NCBI GenBank assembly: GCA_051362555.1
Contig: CM120640.1
Span: 34,615,967-34,679,966, forward strand
Length of the DNA: 64,000 bases
Source: Lingula anatina
Lineage: Eukaryota > Animalia > Brachiopoda
Direction of reading: 5' to 3'
Shown here one piece after another: positions 9,509 to 22,081 of the stretch. The notes under the pieces were generated by a model. It saw nothing but the letters and a program-made list of their open reading frames with translations. It was not told the origin of the DNA and did no database searches. A program made the translations under genes and the position numbers. The stretch's first letter is position 1, and the number at the start of each line of letters is the position of its first letter.

Positions 9509-12500
9509 ACCAAACAAACAAACTAAGTTAACATTCCAAACACTATGACAATTTCTGGTATTCTAAAACTGAAACATAACTGAAGACAATAACAAAAAAA
9601 AAAAAAAAAAAGAGAGATCATAAAAAAACTATACAGTGTATCTAATGTTAATCAAGTGTACCTCCATGTGGTCAGGTATCCACAGCAGGTCAGTGATGGC
9701 TGCCTTGTGACTGTGGTCAATACTGGACACTGCACAGTATCGAACAATGGGAATGTCAAGGGCGCTCTCATCCTCAAAACCAGGCTGGAAGAAGCAGATT
9801 TATTAGGACACATTAACATTTGTTTCTACCTTTTTACTATTTTCACTCAGGTTAAAATTTCTAGATTTGTTAATATTCTTAGGGTAAACCTCTTATTCAT
9901 TTTTTGTGATCATAATTCTTATAACTACCATGCTTTATAAAAAAAACTTACATAGATATATTGCAAGTATCTTACTTAACTTTTACTGTGGAAAATGTTA
10001 AATCAACTTATTAATAATAAATGGATCATCATGGCATGTATAATTTTATTCATATGTGTGTGTGTGTAGCATACCAAAGTATTGCTTGTCTTTTTCCTAT
10101 TACTTCTTGGTGTTCTTAACCTCTCAGCATGTGCCGAGATATCCCACAAAACCAGCTGCCCATTAAGACACCCGCCAGCCACTATATTAGGATCAGTAGG
10201 GCAGAACTTGAAGCACTGGATGTCCTCTGGAGCCTCTAGCAATAACTGGAATCGATTGAATTGAGTATTATCATCACAAGATGGAGCAGGTTTTCTCAAC
10301 TTCAACACAAAATCCAAACAAACAACACCATAGCATAAGAAAAGATGTTATACATGTACTGGTATACGTATCTATTTAATTTGTTCTATTAAAAGTGAGG
10401 GATTATTATATTTTTATGAAGAAAATTTATAAAAGGTGACAGCTAGTGGTAATACTATTTAAGAATGCAATCATATCCCACCTCCCCCTAAAATCTATAA
10501 AATATTAAAGTCAGGGTAAATGGGAGCACAAGGATTAGATGCAAGAGCAGACACATGTAAGGAAAGATATTAAATCCAGATCATCTCGTTTGTTTTTACA
10601 TACATGTACTGCTACTTTTACTTTTTTTAGATTAACTCATAAGGTTTTAGCCAACATAAAGGGCAGCCCACCACAAGTCAAATCTCAGCACAAACTTATG
10701 TCTTTGTTACATTTTATTTTCCTGCATCCATTTAGAATTAAATCATATGAAAATGAGAGGAACAGATAAGTCATAAAGTGCATTTTTCCCACCTGAGGAT
10801 GAATGGGATCCAAAAAACTCCAGATTAGTATGAGTGAGGGGTTCATGATAACCTTAGCAGCTTGGTCTATCCTCTGGTCAAAACTCATCTTTTCACTTAC
10901 TGATACAGCAACAACACCTAAGAACAAAACAAAAGAAAGCAAATAATAAAAAAGTGATAATACAAGCCCATTAACTTTCAGTTTTACTCATTTTATGTAT
11001 AATGTTTTCAGCTGATGCAAGTTATATGAATCACCTATTTCGAAAATCTTATTTCATTCATCATAGAAATCTATAGTTTATTATTGTAAATATCCCTATT
11101 CATACCATATGAGACAAGTTTTCTTCATACATGAAATGATAACTGACTTTAAAAAAAAGCCCCATGTAATGTGCGAACTTAACTCTTCAACAAGTAAAAT
11201 TTATTGAACATGCAGAAAGAAAGTAAAATTTTATCACTGAATCGCAACTGTATTTTTTCTATATAAACAAATAATCCAGTGCCAATGCAATTAATTTAAA
11301 GCTATGTACCTTTAATAGTTGGATGCCACTCGATACAAGTGATAGTTTTATCTTTACTGAACTGTAAGTCTGTGAAAGATTGGTATTCTTTCAAATGGTT
11401 ATCAGCCTTGCTGCCAAAGCTTCCATCTTCATCAGCCAGACCCATCCAGTCATCATAAAACACATTCATGATCTCATTTTGTTGCAGTGCTAGATCAAAC
11501 CTGTAATAGTGCAAAGATTATTAAACTATTTTGTAGTGAAATTATTACTTTTGTCACTGAAGTGAGCATGGGAGAGGGGGGGGGGGGGGGGGGCAGAAAA
11601 ATTAACATCATTTCATTTTGTTCCGTAATGTTTATGTAATCCTGCAATAACAGAATATGTATCAATATGTATGTACTTAAAACTTTACTTAATCACTTCA
11701 ATGAACTTATCATTCTTATTTATTCAAATATTAATATATCTATCTGTAACAACAAAATGTGTGCCAAAATATTTCACATAAAACGTTTTAATGATGTATA
11801 CAAATGTACAATTTGAACCATACATTCTTCAGTAAAACTACATCAAGAAGGGTGGACAATGAATTTAAAACAGGAAAATACAAAATACAATTAGATGAAA
11901 ATTAGTGACCAAGCAGAATTTTCAGCTTTGAAATCATACCTTGGTGCAACACTTTCTAAAAACTCTCCCATTCTTTCAGCATTTTCTGCCTCCTTCTTTT
12001 CTTTGTCATCAAACTCTCTTGCCATGTATTGGGTGGTAGAATTTCTTGGGTGCTTCCAATCTGTCTGTGTGCCTGTGTTATCATAATATGGAATGGCCTG
12101 AAAAGAAAAAAAACCTTGATTAATATTTTGGCAACTTTTCAACAGATATCTTAAATCTCATAAAAACATCCTTATTATAAGTTCAAGCTTAAAACATTTC
12201 ACCTTGCACTACTAAAAGGTCAATTTATAGAAGGAAAACAAAAAGATGGAATTGCAACATAGCAAGTGCCAATAACGTCAAACCTTACACAAATCATTTA
12301 TTGAAGTTTCTTGGCAAAATTAAGGTGAATAACTTCATAGGTGCTCTCATGCTTTTGCAATGATCATATGACACTATGTATTTTGCTGGTGATAAATCTA
12401 CATTGTGATGCTTAATCTTAATCAAAAGGCAAACATAGCATATTTAACGGGGAGGGGGTATAATGCATTGCATTCTATAATTACATTAGCCTCTGTCACC

Positions 12501-12521
12501 GTCAATCTAAAAAGAGGCTCA

Positions 12522-12560
<39 letters not shown>

Positions 12561-15500
12561 ACTAACCTGAACAGACTTGTCAATTTCCATTGCCTTGAGT
12601 TCAAATGTCTTGTCTTCATATGGTGTGCATTCCAGGTAACCATCTTTAGCATCAGCCACATTGCGGTCTGAGAACTCCACTGGTGTACCAAATTCTCTTC
12701 TTACACGCTTGATAGAGATCTTGATCTAGTGGAACATATTTTATAATTCAATCAAAGTATACTAAAACTTCAGTGGGATTTTAATTAATACACAAATTTG
12801 ATTACAGCAAAAGATCTTTATTTCCAGCCAAAATGACAATTTCATGGGTAAAATTTTCATTAAGTCTTTATTCTAAACAAAATGACATTTTCAGTGGTAA
12901 CATTTTCTTAAGCCTATATATTAACCAGATATATCACAGAAAAAGAGAAAATAAATAACATGCTAAAATATTTAAATGCCTCAACCTTGAGAATCCAATA
13001 TATATCAACCGACTTCATACCCGTGGTCTTGTCTCAAAGACATTCTCCTCTTCTATTTCTTTTTCACTGCCCTGTGACACCCAGTCCTTGGGTACTGGTG
13101 GAATGTATTTATATTCCACTTCCTCCTCCTCCTCTCCTCCCTCTCCACCCTCTCCAGTACCACCTTCTCCCTCTGCTTTGGGGGGCTACAACATACAAAA
13201 TAAACAATATATGAAGAGTACAATTTTATAGTATTAGATATTTATAGAGTACATAAAAATTCTCCGGTTAAACCCTTGTTTACTTTTTTTTTCTTTTTCC
13301 TCCATTCTCTTCTCTTGAAGAAACAATTATTAATTTTAATATTTAATGTAGCAATTACTAATTTTAATATTAAAAAAGCTAGTTAACTTTTTTCAACATT
13401 TATGAATTATGCATATATACATGAGATAATTTTCACATTACAATACTATCTTTAGATGAAATTAATTAAATTTTAACAAAAACTTATTCCACATTTGTGA
13501 AAAAAAAAAATGAAAAGGATTACTTACATGAAGAATAGAGTTTTTACATTCTTCTGTCAGGGCAATTACGAAATTTTGTCCGTGCTTGAAATCTGCATCA
13601 TATATGAGCAAAATCTCTTCACCTGGATAATCCTGAAAAATGTACAAAATTCAATTTTACAAGTAATCTTATAAAAGAGGCTTGCTTACAGGCACTATGT
13701 GATTTATCTCTTGCCAGCTTATGAATGGTACTGAAATATTACCTTTAACAGAACTTCAAAGGTCCACTTAAAAAGATTTTGAAAAAGCATAATTACTAAT
13801 AAAACTTTCAGGGAGATAAAACATCATACAGTGTATGTTTGCTTGTGCGTTGATTTTTTTCTCATTTTAACATCTAAATGGAAAATTAGTGACAGTCAAA
13901 TTCTAAAAATTTGAATGATAAAAAATTGTCAAGTTTTTTAAAAATGTTTTATAACTGCTAAGTTTCTGGTCAATTTAAGAAGGAAAATTGTTTTGTTCTT
14001 CTTAAATAAACTGTTGTAGAATCAATTGAAAGTAAGAAATGATTGCAAATGATTTGAACAATCTACTTTTTAGTTCTCCTCCATAATGTTGAATTGAATT
14101 TTATAACTTAACCATTAAATGCATGCTTGAATTTTTACTGGCCTCTTTAAATATGTAATATTATAACCAAATACAGATATCAATATTAGGTTGTACAAGA
14201 ACACTGTTACAGTACCAAATTGCTCTATACGTTCAAACATTTTTCTTCTCCTCCAAAACAATCATATATTTTTGGAATGGCCCTTATTTAAATCCAAAGC
14301 TTATACATGTACACACAAATATTCTTATAAAGTCAGTTCATTCAAAATGAATTGCCAGTTGTTCTCAGTTGTTTTATGCAACTGCATCATATTGAACAGG
14401 ACCAAAATTTCAAATCACCATCAAATTTGCTCACCAAAATCTGAGGTTTGAAAACACTGAAGTCACAAACAGCTGCCCTATTCCTCAAGTCAGCCATGAT
14501 GTCTTCTTTTTTGACCAGCTTATATGGATGGTCCTCTGTGATCTGCTCACCACATGTTACCTCAAACAACTCTTGTGTCTTAGTAGCCAGGAAGATAGGT
14601 TGACATCCTTCTGGTAATGCTATAATGAACAAAAGGGGAAAAAACATTAATTTTTTTTGTTTTGAAAAATCTGGATCAAGAGGACAATGCAGGGTGTATC
14701 CTACAAGTAAGTACTCACCAACTAGCCAATACTGGTGCATTTGTGCTCTGACAATTGCTATGTTACACTTATTTGCCAAATAAAGGCTATAATATATTTG
14801 AGGGCAATAATTGAGGGCAGCCTGCTGATGCCAAACTTCCTGAGTGGCAAAAAAAAAAAAAAAAAATGAAATAATCAAAATGCCTCTGGATTCATGTATC
14901 TAAACAACAGTTATCAAAGAAAAAAAAAAAAAACTTTAGTACGTCATTTCTACATGTACCCAGTCCTTGTCACCATTTTGTATGGTTCTTGGTAGTAGTA
15001 AAAAGTAAAAACAGTGGAAAGTGGAAATGTTGTACTAGTACCGGTACATGATCAGTTTTACTAAATCAATATCCAATAAATGTAATAAAAAGAAAGATTT
15101 CTGTCTGATTTCATTTCTAAAAACAAGAAAACTTTGTTTCTTACGTCCATCAGCTAATGGTCCTGGACCTTCAACATGTATAGGTTCTTCTTTCTTTTCT
15201 TCTGTTGGTTCTTTGGCTAAAGACAAAAAGACACTTTGTTGAAGACAAATAAATATACCGGTACATCATGACCAATATATTATAAAGATCATCTTTGAAA
15301 AATCTGCTGTTAACAAATATGATACATTAATTTGTCCCTTATACATACCAGTATCTCAACAAAAAGACAATTTAACAGATAACAACCCAGCAGACCCTGA
15401 CTTCAAGTATAAAAAACAACTTGTTTAATTATGTCTGATATTGAGCAAAAAAAAAAAAAAATGAACGAAAAGAAAATAATGCAGGAAAGTGAAATATGAC

Positions 15501-17003
15501 TCAGTAAAATATGTCTCAGACTATTCAAATCTATGAAAAATAACAGAAATACATGCCACTAGTGTTTACTAGTTGTCTATTAAAAATATAAATGTAAATC
15601 TCTACTACTGAGTAATTAATTATAAAAAATAATATAATACATGTATTAAAAACTGATTCACTTTGAAAAAAGGTTTTCCAATAACAAAATGATAGTCATA
15701 ATACATTTTCACAGAGAGAGAGAAAGGATGTTGATATATCATAGTGATAAAATAAACAAAAAATATGGATTAATGTCATATCTTGATACCTGGTTTGCCT
15801 TTCCTTTTTCCACCTAGATTTTGAAAATATTTAAACGTGTAGTGTAAACATGATTGCCTAATAATCCAACTTTTGCTTTCATGTGAGGTGTCTATTTTTC
15901 CATAATTTTAATTTTTTACATGAATCCAAAACATGTCACTCATGTTCCAATAAGTTTTCTTTTCAGAAATTAACCAGAATACTTGATGTATAACAATTGA
16001 CTAAAATAAATGATAGAAAGGAGTATTCACATAATCTCACAATATAGCACAATGGATAAAAAATAGCACAATGGATGAAAATGATATCATGATTCTACAT
16101 ATCGTGACATCCATGTAGTTATTTAAAGAGGCATGAAATGAAAAACACAAAAGTATAAATAAAGATTAATATGTTACACAAAGATACACCATTCTACTCT
16201 CTACACATGGTGTGAACCAACTGGCATTTAAACATTATTATAATCATTACTTATGTTTCCAAGATTTCGCACATGCTGCTGAATATGTTTCAGTGCTAAA
16301 ATATTGATAAATATATGATGCATGATACTAAGTCACTCACCAGGACTCCAAACATTTAAAATACTATTTTTCTGGTATATTTCAATCAACTATGTTTGGG
16401 ATTATAATGGTAAATCACTTTTGAATTCAGCAAGTACTAGTAATAACCATACATGTATAAAGCATAATTAAATACAAACTTCTTATTTTAAAGAAAAAAA
16501 CTCACTTTTTGATACAGAAGATTTTGGTTTTCCTTTAGCACTTCCCTTGCCACTTGCAGGAGTTTTGGGAGGGCTTCCTGACTTGGCACTCCCCTGACGG
16601 GACTTGGCACTCCCCTGACGGGATTTGGCACTACCGGGTTTAGACCCTCCTTCAGCTGTCTTTGGTGGACTCAGCGTGTCCTTTTGAGAATGAAAAAGCA
16701 TGGTACAATTTACTAAGGGAATAAAAAATAAATAAATAAACGTAATAAATTAAAAGCATGCTAAATATTAAGCCAATACTAAATATTAATCCAATTTTCT
16801 CTGTTATGATTTTTATAATATTATTTATTTATAACAGTTCATTCTTTCTTATCAATATATCTTTTCAGTATTACTATTTATATACATATCAATTGGGCAA
16901 TCAGTTACTTTCATCAGCAAAATGGAAAGCAAAATACTAAGTAACATACCATTTCCTTTTCTTCTTGCTGTTTCTCTTTTTCACTTTCTTCATTGTCAGC
17001 CAT
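4830..17003 (-). CDS. DNAI3: Dynein axonemal intermediate chain 3 (WDR63 / IC140-like inner-arm I1/f dynein WD40 chain), about 23 coding exons
   Basis: GT-AG exons join in frame wherever I checked, from MADNEESEKE (ATG 17003) to LGLKEDIDEPLPEV* (TAA 4832-4830). Recognisable WDR63 blocks: PIFLATKTQELF, DYPGEEILLIYDADFKHGQNF, ALQQNEIMNVFYDDW, LKEYQSFTDL, SLILIWSFLDPIHPQLLLEAPEDIQCFKFCPTDPNIVAGGCLNGQLVLWDI, VWDLLDKTHEPS, LLAVGDNLGTLHILEIPW. Confidence 0.92.
6192..6484. repeat. Tandem duplication, 2 x 146 bp, spanning a DNAI3 exon end and its splice donor
   Basis: 6192-6337 and 6338-6483 appear identical by eye. The unit includes the last ~27 nt of the exon (SIYPYQIS) and the GTAAGT donor. Confidence 0.93.
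16580..16632 (-). repeat. Coding 21-bp tandem repeat (GSAKSRQ, about 2.5 copies) in the DNAI3 N-terminal low-complexity region
   Basis: gacttggcactcccctgacgg twice plus a partial copy. Confidence 0.9.
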
Positions 17004-17493
17004 TATTTCAGGACAATTTTTTATCACTGCTTATATTAAAATAATATCAACTGAACCTATAAAGGGAATGTGAAACAGTTTGATATTGATGTGGATATTT
17101 AAAGATATTGTCATGCATTATCTCACTGTACAAATACAACTCTACCTCATTACTACCGTGGAGTAATCACGTCACATTCCTACAAACCCAACAAGTTTCA
17201 CTGAACATAAATAAAAACGCTATTTCACACTGTATTTCTAAAACGTGTATTTTTATTTTTAACACATAATTTTCAAGTCAAATGTCCAATTTCTTAGTTT
17301 ATCTTGCAAAATTCCTGAATCCATGAAGACAGCACAAATTCTCAATCGACCCAACTTCTGCATACACATAGGTTGTGTATATGCATAATTCTTCGTGACA
17401 TGATAATGCTTTCATAAGACTTTCACCAAGTGAAAATTACCTGTTTTGCTTTATTCATCGTAAAAACTACATACCAAATTTTTGTTGATGACT

Positions 17494-17556
17494 TTATGCC
17501 TGGTTTTCCGCCATCTTGGAAATTACGAACGAAAACGAGGCGGTTGCTAGGGTAGT
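17494..17556 (-). promoter_or_regulatory. DNAI3 promoter/5' exon with RFX X-box-like site and YY1-like motif
   Basis: GTTGCTAGGGTAG at 17543-17555 contains the RFX half-site CCTAGCAAC. AAGATGGCGG lies on the minus strand at 17517-17508. CpG is locally enriched. Candidate donors near 17474 (G|GTATGT) and 17440 (CAG|GTAATT), acceptor near 17057. Confidence 0.6.
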
Positions 17557-18779
17557 TCAAGGTCATATAGCAGGTGGTGCCCTCATTAGCATCCTGCAGC
17601 TCCAGTCCACAAAACGATCAGTATAAATATTTCACTTTTGGCGGCTAGACAAATTATATGGAGAGCGCAAATATACTTTTTTCACATTCCTTAATTATCC
17701 AAATAAGGGTGGTGCAGATCTGGAGAGACTAGAGTTATGATGGAAAGGCGTGCTTTCACTTTGCTGTGTCATCCACTCATGCTTTTGCATATAATTCACA
17801 TTTTAAGTACGAAATAAATCAAAAAGGCAAAAAATGAAAATGCATCCTCAAGTTGTTTTTTCTGCACTAGCGGTAAGGAATGCTATAATAGTCACCTTGA
17901 CCTTAAAATACACTAGTATTTTTATTGTCTTTATTAGCATGCAAGACTGCACACAAAGAAACGTGAAAACATATCCAGTCTACTGGAGGTGGATTATTAA
18001 GACTTGTAACTAAATTTTTACTGATTAAAAAAAATAGGCCAGGCCATGCACGGCCAGCAGACACATTTTCAAATCGTTTTTAAATGTAGTTGACTTGCAT
18101 AACTTCCACACTTACAATATACCTTTTTCTGAAATTTTGAATTTTGAAGAAAAAGTTTACAAAGGTTCAGAAAATACCAAAGAAGAAGTTTTGTTTGGGG
18201 ATGAAGCCGTATAAGGAAAATACTTTAAGTCAGACAAATTTTACCAGATTTTAACTCGTCCCCTCCATCACCCCAACTGCCATTTAAAAAAAAAAAAAAA
18301 AAAAAAACAACATTCTGGCTGAACTTGCTTCCATGTAACATCCAAATAACTTGTCAATAATCAAAGCAATGTACCATAAATAGTGTATAATAAATGAAAC
18401 TTTCTATAATTCATTACAATGAATAAATTGATGCACTCTTTTTGACATAACATAAGATTATACTCTGTGATCTAAAATAAGCAACGAATTTAAAGTCAGA
18501 GGACATTAAAAATAAGAATCATAGCACATATCAGATCAGCTTTTCTTTTTATTTAAATATAATCTTATTATATCCCACAGGCCGGACGTATCATTTTGCT
18601 CATTCTCCGTCAGCTGTAGAAGCTTCAGACATCTCTCAAATAAATACTTTCAGCAACAGTACAAGCTTTCTTCCTTCTTTACAAAATGTTCACATCATTT
18701 GTAAATATAAATATATACTGCTCAGCTTCAACCAGAATACTCAGAATCCTATGTTTTCAATCAAGCCTGATCATAAATT

Positions 18780-20449
18780 TTAACTCGTGTCCATGGCATT
18801 GCTATTTGCATTTAAAGCCCCTTGGTTTGTGGGTGCTTTCAGTTCAACTGGCATCTGATTGGAATCTGTGAGCATGGAGTTGACTGGAGGTGGCACATTT
18901 TCTGATTCTTCTCCTGGGTTTTCTGCTTTGCTTGGATTTAATGGATCATCATCGTCCCAATCAATCTTGAACTTTGTGACTCGTGGACATTCTGCTAGGA
19001 TGTTCCTCTGCATCTGTTAGAACAAGGTGGAGTATAATAATATTGAAAAGTTTTCAAATTAAGCCTACATCTTAAGAGATATTGTCATAAAAATACAAGA
19101 AAAACAAAAATGTCATTTTTGTGCAAATTTATTTGCAACCATTGCTCCTGACTCAAGACTCACCTTGGAGAAGTCTGGCTTCTGTGGTGGATTTTCCTTA
19201 TCTTCTTGGTCAATATAATCATTATTGACATAATAACCCACTCTTATAAATTCTTTTGATTTATAGGAACATGTGAGTAAAACTGCCGTCACTCCAACTG
19301 CATCTGCTACTGGGATCAATTCAGTTTTTGGTGGGTCTGCCTACAAAAGATAAAAACACACCACTTACTCACATTTTCAAACAAATGTGTTTTAATCTAA
19401 TGCAAAATAAATACATTAATTGCAGTGGTAAGGGTAAGTTGCAAAGACATTTTTCTTTTGAAATATTACATTAATTTGTTTCCTTGCTTCATTCTTATTT
19501 TAAGTCACCCCAGAGAAAAAAAAGCACACATCCACAAACTGGCATTCTTCCCGGGTCCACTTTACTGATAAAAATCTTTGGGTTGTTAATCTTCCTTTAA
19601 AGTAATGTCTACTAATAATGAATGAGATAAAAATAAAAGGTCTTCACAGTAATTTTTGTTGCAAAAGAAGGCCACCTTTTATTGAGACCTCCTTGTATAT
19701 TCCCTTTACTGCTAAGTGATGTACTAGTATTTTGTTGTTCAAACATACCAACCTGAAACACAAACTTGTGTTTCCCCATGGGTATAGGACCTACAAGGAC
19801 AGAATCCAACACTTGGTCAAAGTCTTGATTTGCTGCAGAACCAACATACACCACTTTCCATTCCAGATCTAAAAACATTACAGCACATTTATGGAAATAT
19901 TCAGAAAGTCAAATGTTCACACTACACAGAAATCAATGAACAGTTTATAAAGTAAAAATATAGTGAACCTATAAATCAAAGTAACTTCCAAGGTCTTGAC
20001 AGTGTGAAATTGGGGGAGGGGTTTGGAAGGGGGGGGGGGGGGGGAGTCACAAGTATATCGTTAACTTTAATGAAAACCAACTCTTGATAATATATGAATT
20101 CCTGCCACCAAAAGTTTCCAACGTTACATGCTCAGTGTACTATTGTATCATTATCACACTTGGTCAAAAAAAAGAAGGATAATCAATTCTAATGCGATAT
20201 ACATGTATAACAATTACACATTTGAACATTGCACAATTCTTTGCAACGACAAGGGTTGTTTAATGAAGTTAAAACAGCTACGGTTTTCATGTAATGAGCT
20301 CATGGGAGATACATTCAGCTGTCTTCAGCCCCTATCTTACCTTCGTTTAGTTCCTCGAGACACTCGAAAGTGATCTCAAACTGGAATGGGTTCTCAAATG
20401 GCGAAGGGTTGTCTAACACTACAACGTTAAGGATGTTAATTTTAGCCAT
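18780..20449 (-). CDS. ASF1: Histone H3/H4 chaperone ASF1, 4 exons, 211 aa
   Basis: Exons 20449-20341, 19868-19753, 19340-19164 and 19013-18780 join in frame: MAKINILNVVVLDNPSPFENPFQFEITFECLEEL...DLEWKVVYVGSA...DQVLDSVLVGP...VGVTAVLLTCSY...EFIRVGYYVNN...RNILAECPRVTKFKIDWD. Confidence 0.97.
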
Positions 20450-20729
20450 TATTCCAGGTTCGCCAGTTGTTCCTTGAATGTAACTAAATAAAATCTCCTT
20501 GTTTCCTTGACTGTTAGACCCGTTTACCCTCCCTAATCATTGAAATTTGGAATAGTACTTTGTCTTATCAATTTTGTCCACAAATGGCGGGAATTTCGCT
20601 GAAAATATTTCCTGTGCTGTCATTGGTTAATTCTCCCAAAGATTTGCAAATAATATTCTCATTGGCTCCTCTCAACTTCCGTCAACAAACCTCTAGTACT
20701 TCCGGCATCTATCCAAGGCAAATGTCATA
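20450..20729. promoter_or_regulatory. Bidirectional promoter shared by ASF1 and VMAC
   Basis: Only 280 bp separate the divergent ATGs. E2F-like TGGCGGGAA at 20585-20593, two CCAAT boxes in ASF1 orientation (ATTGG at 20622 and 20661), ETS-like ACTTCCG at about 20675 and 20698. Confidence 0.75.
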
Positions 20730-21317
20730 ATGTCGTTTTCAAAGCTAAACATTCAAGAGGCAAATAGACATCTTCAGGCTCTCCACATGAGAGTTCAAGA
20801 ACTTGAATCTATGGTGAAAGAGCAGGCTGAGGCACTTATCAGGAAAGATGAGCAAATGCAGGTGAAAATAGCTGAGTTGGTGTCGGCTAAAGAGGCGGAG
20901 GTAACACAGTTTCAACAGGCGCTCCATATATCAGAACAGAAAGTACAAAATCTAATGACATTGTCAAGGAACAAAGATGCAAGAATATTTCAATTGAAAC
21001 AGCGTTGTGAACACTTGGATGAACTTCTGAAAACAAAGCCGGTATTGGAAAATATTCTTGAAATCCTGAAACAGGCAGAACATCAGCACACAAATGGCAC
21101 ACCCCCTCAGTTACAGCAAGAACAGACAATGGCATCCAGAGGGGGCGTTCCATCACCAGGAGGGGGTATCTCTAAATCCAATTCAAAACCGACCATAAAT
21201 GATGTGATAAACTCTCCTCAGAGTGGCGATCCAAGAAACTTTTCGATTGGGGAAGACAGTGATGCTGCAGGAAGTGGGGATGAAGTCAAGAAAAAGAGTA
21301 AAGAGTTGTACCTTTAA
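20730..21317 (+). CDS. VMAC: Vimentin-type intermediate filament-associated coiled-coil protein-like, intronless, 195 aa
   Basis: The N-terminus (NIQEANRHLQALHMRVQELE...EQAEALIRKDEQM...ELVSAKEAEV...SEQKVQNL...RPVL-like KPVLENILEILKQAE) matches the VMAC coiled-coil pattern as I recall it. Strong heptad composition. Confidence 0.8.
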   Translation: MSFSKLNIQEANRHLQALHMRVQELESMVKEQAEALIRKDEQMQVKIAELVSAKEAEVTQFQQALHISEQKVQNLMTLSRNKDARIFQLKQRCEHLDELLKTKPVLENILEILKQAEHQHTNGTPPQLQQEQTMASRGGVPSPGGGISKSNSKPTINDVINSPQSGDPRNFSIGEDSDAAGSGDEVKKKSKELYL

Positions 21318-22081
21318 CCATGGATTAAGTCTAGGAGTGTTGGAAGCTCATTTTGTTAACTTTTTGTATGAACAGCATTACACCAGTTGCCAAGTGTTCC
21401 AGGAATTTTGCAACTTTATTAAAATATATTAGAACATTGACTGGCTCTTCTTTGACTGACAAAATGAAATCGAGGTCTAATCTAGTCCAGATGTACTATA
21501 TATAATAGCATATTTATTTTGTGGTTGGTGTCAGGGGTATTATACGGTATTACACATTCCAGATATATTAAGTATTGCCATACAATGAAAACTTAATATT
21601 GGTGGAAACCATGCACTTTTTTCACTTAAATTGGAATTTTTACGTGGTTCAGAGATGGATGTCTTTCAGTTGGGATTTTATGCAAATATAAATGATTCTA
21701 GAGTCTTAAAATTGTAAACATTTATTAAAACTTTAAATAAACCATTGTAAAATATAAATAGTCGCATGCTTTTTGTATGATAACTAAAATATGTAAAATC
21801 AACAGTCTCTTCTGAAAGCTTGCTGCATATTTCATCAAAATTATACAAATTACTTAGTAGCTTTATAAAATATGAATTTTATGCAGGTGAAAAATAAGAC
21901 CATCTTGTGTTAAATAAAGCCTTGGAAAACCAGTTTGAATTAACAAGGCAAACTTAAACATCAATAATTCAGTTTAATTACTGGTAGTGGCGTCATATAT
22001 TGACAATCCAAGTCCACCTGATAATCATTTTTGCAGTTGGTTTGGCTTATGTGATATCTTTGAAAAACCAAAGCACTTCCA

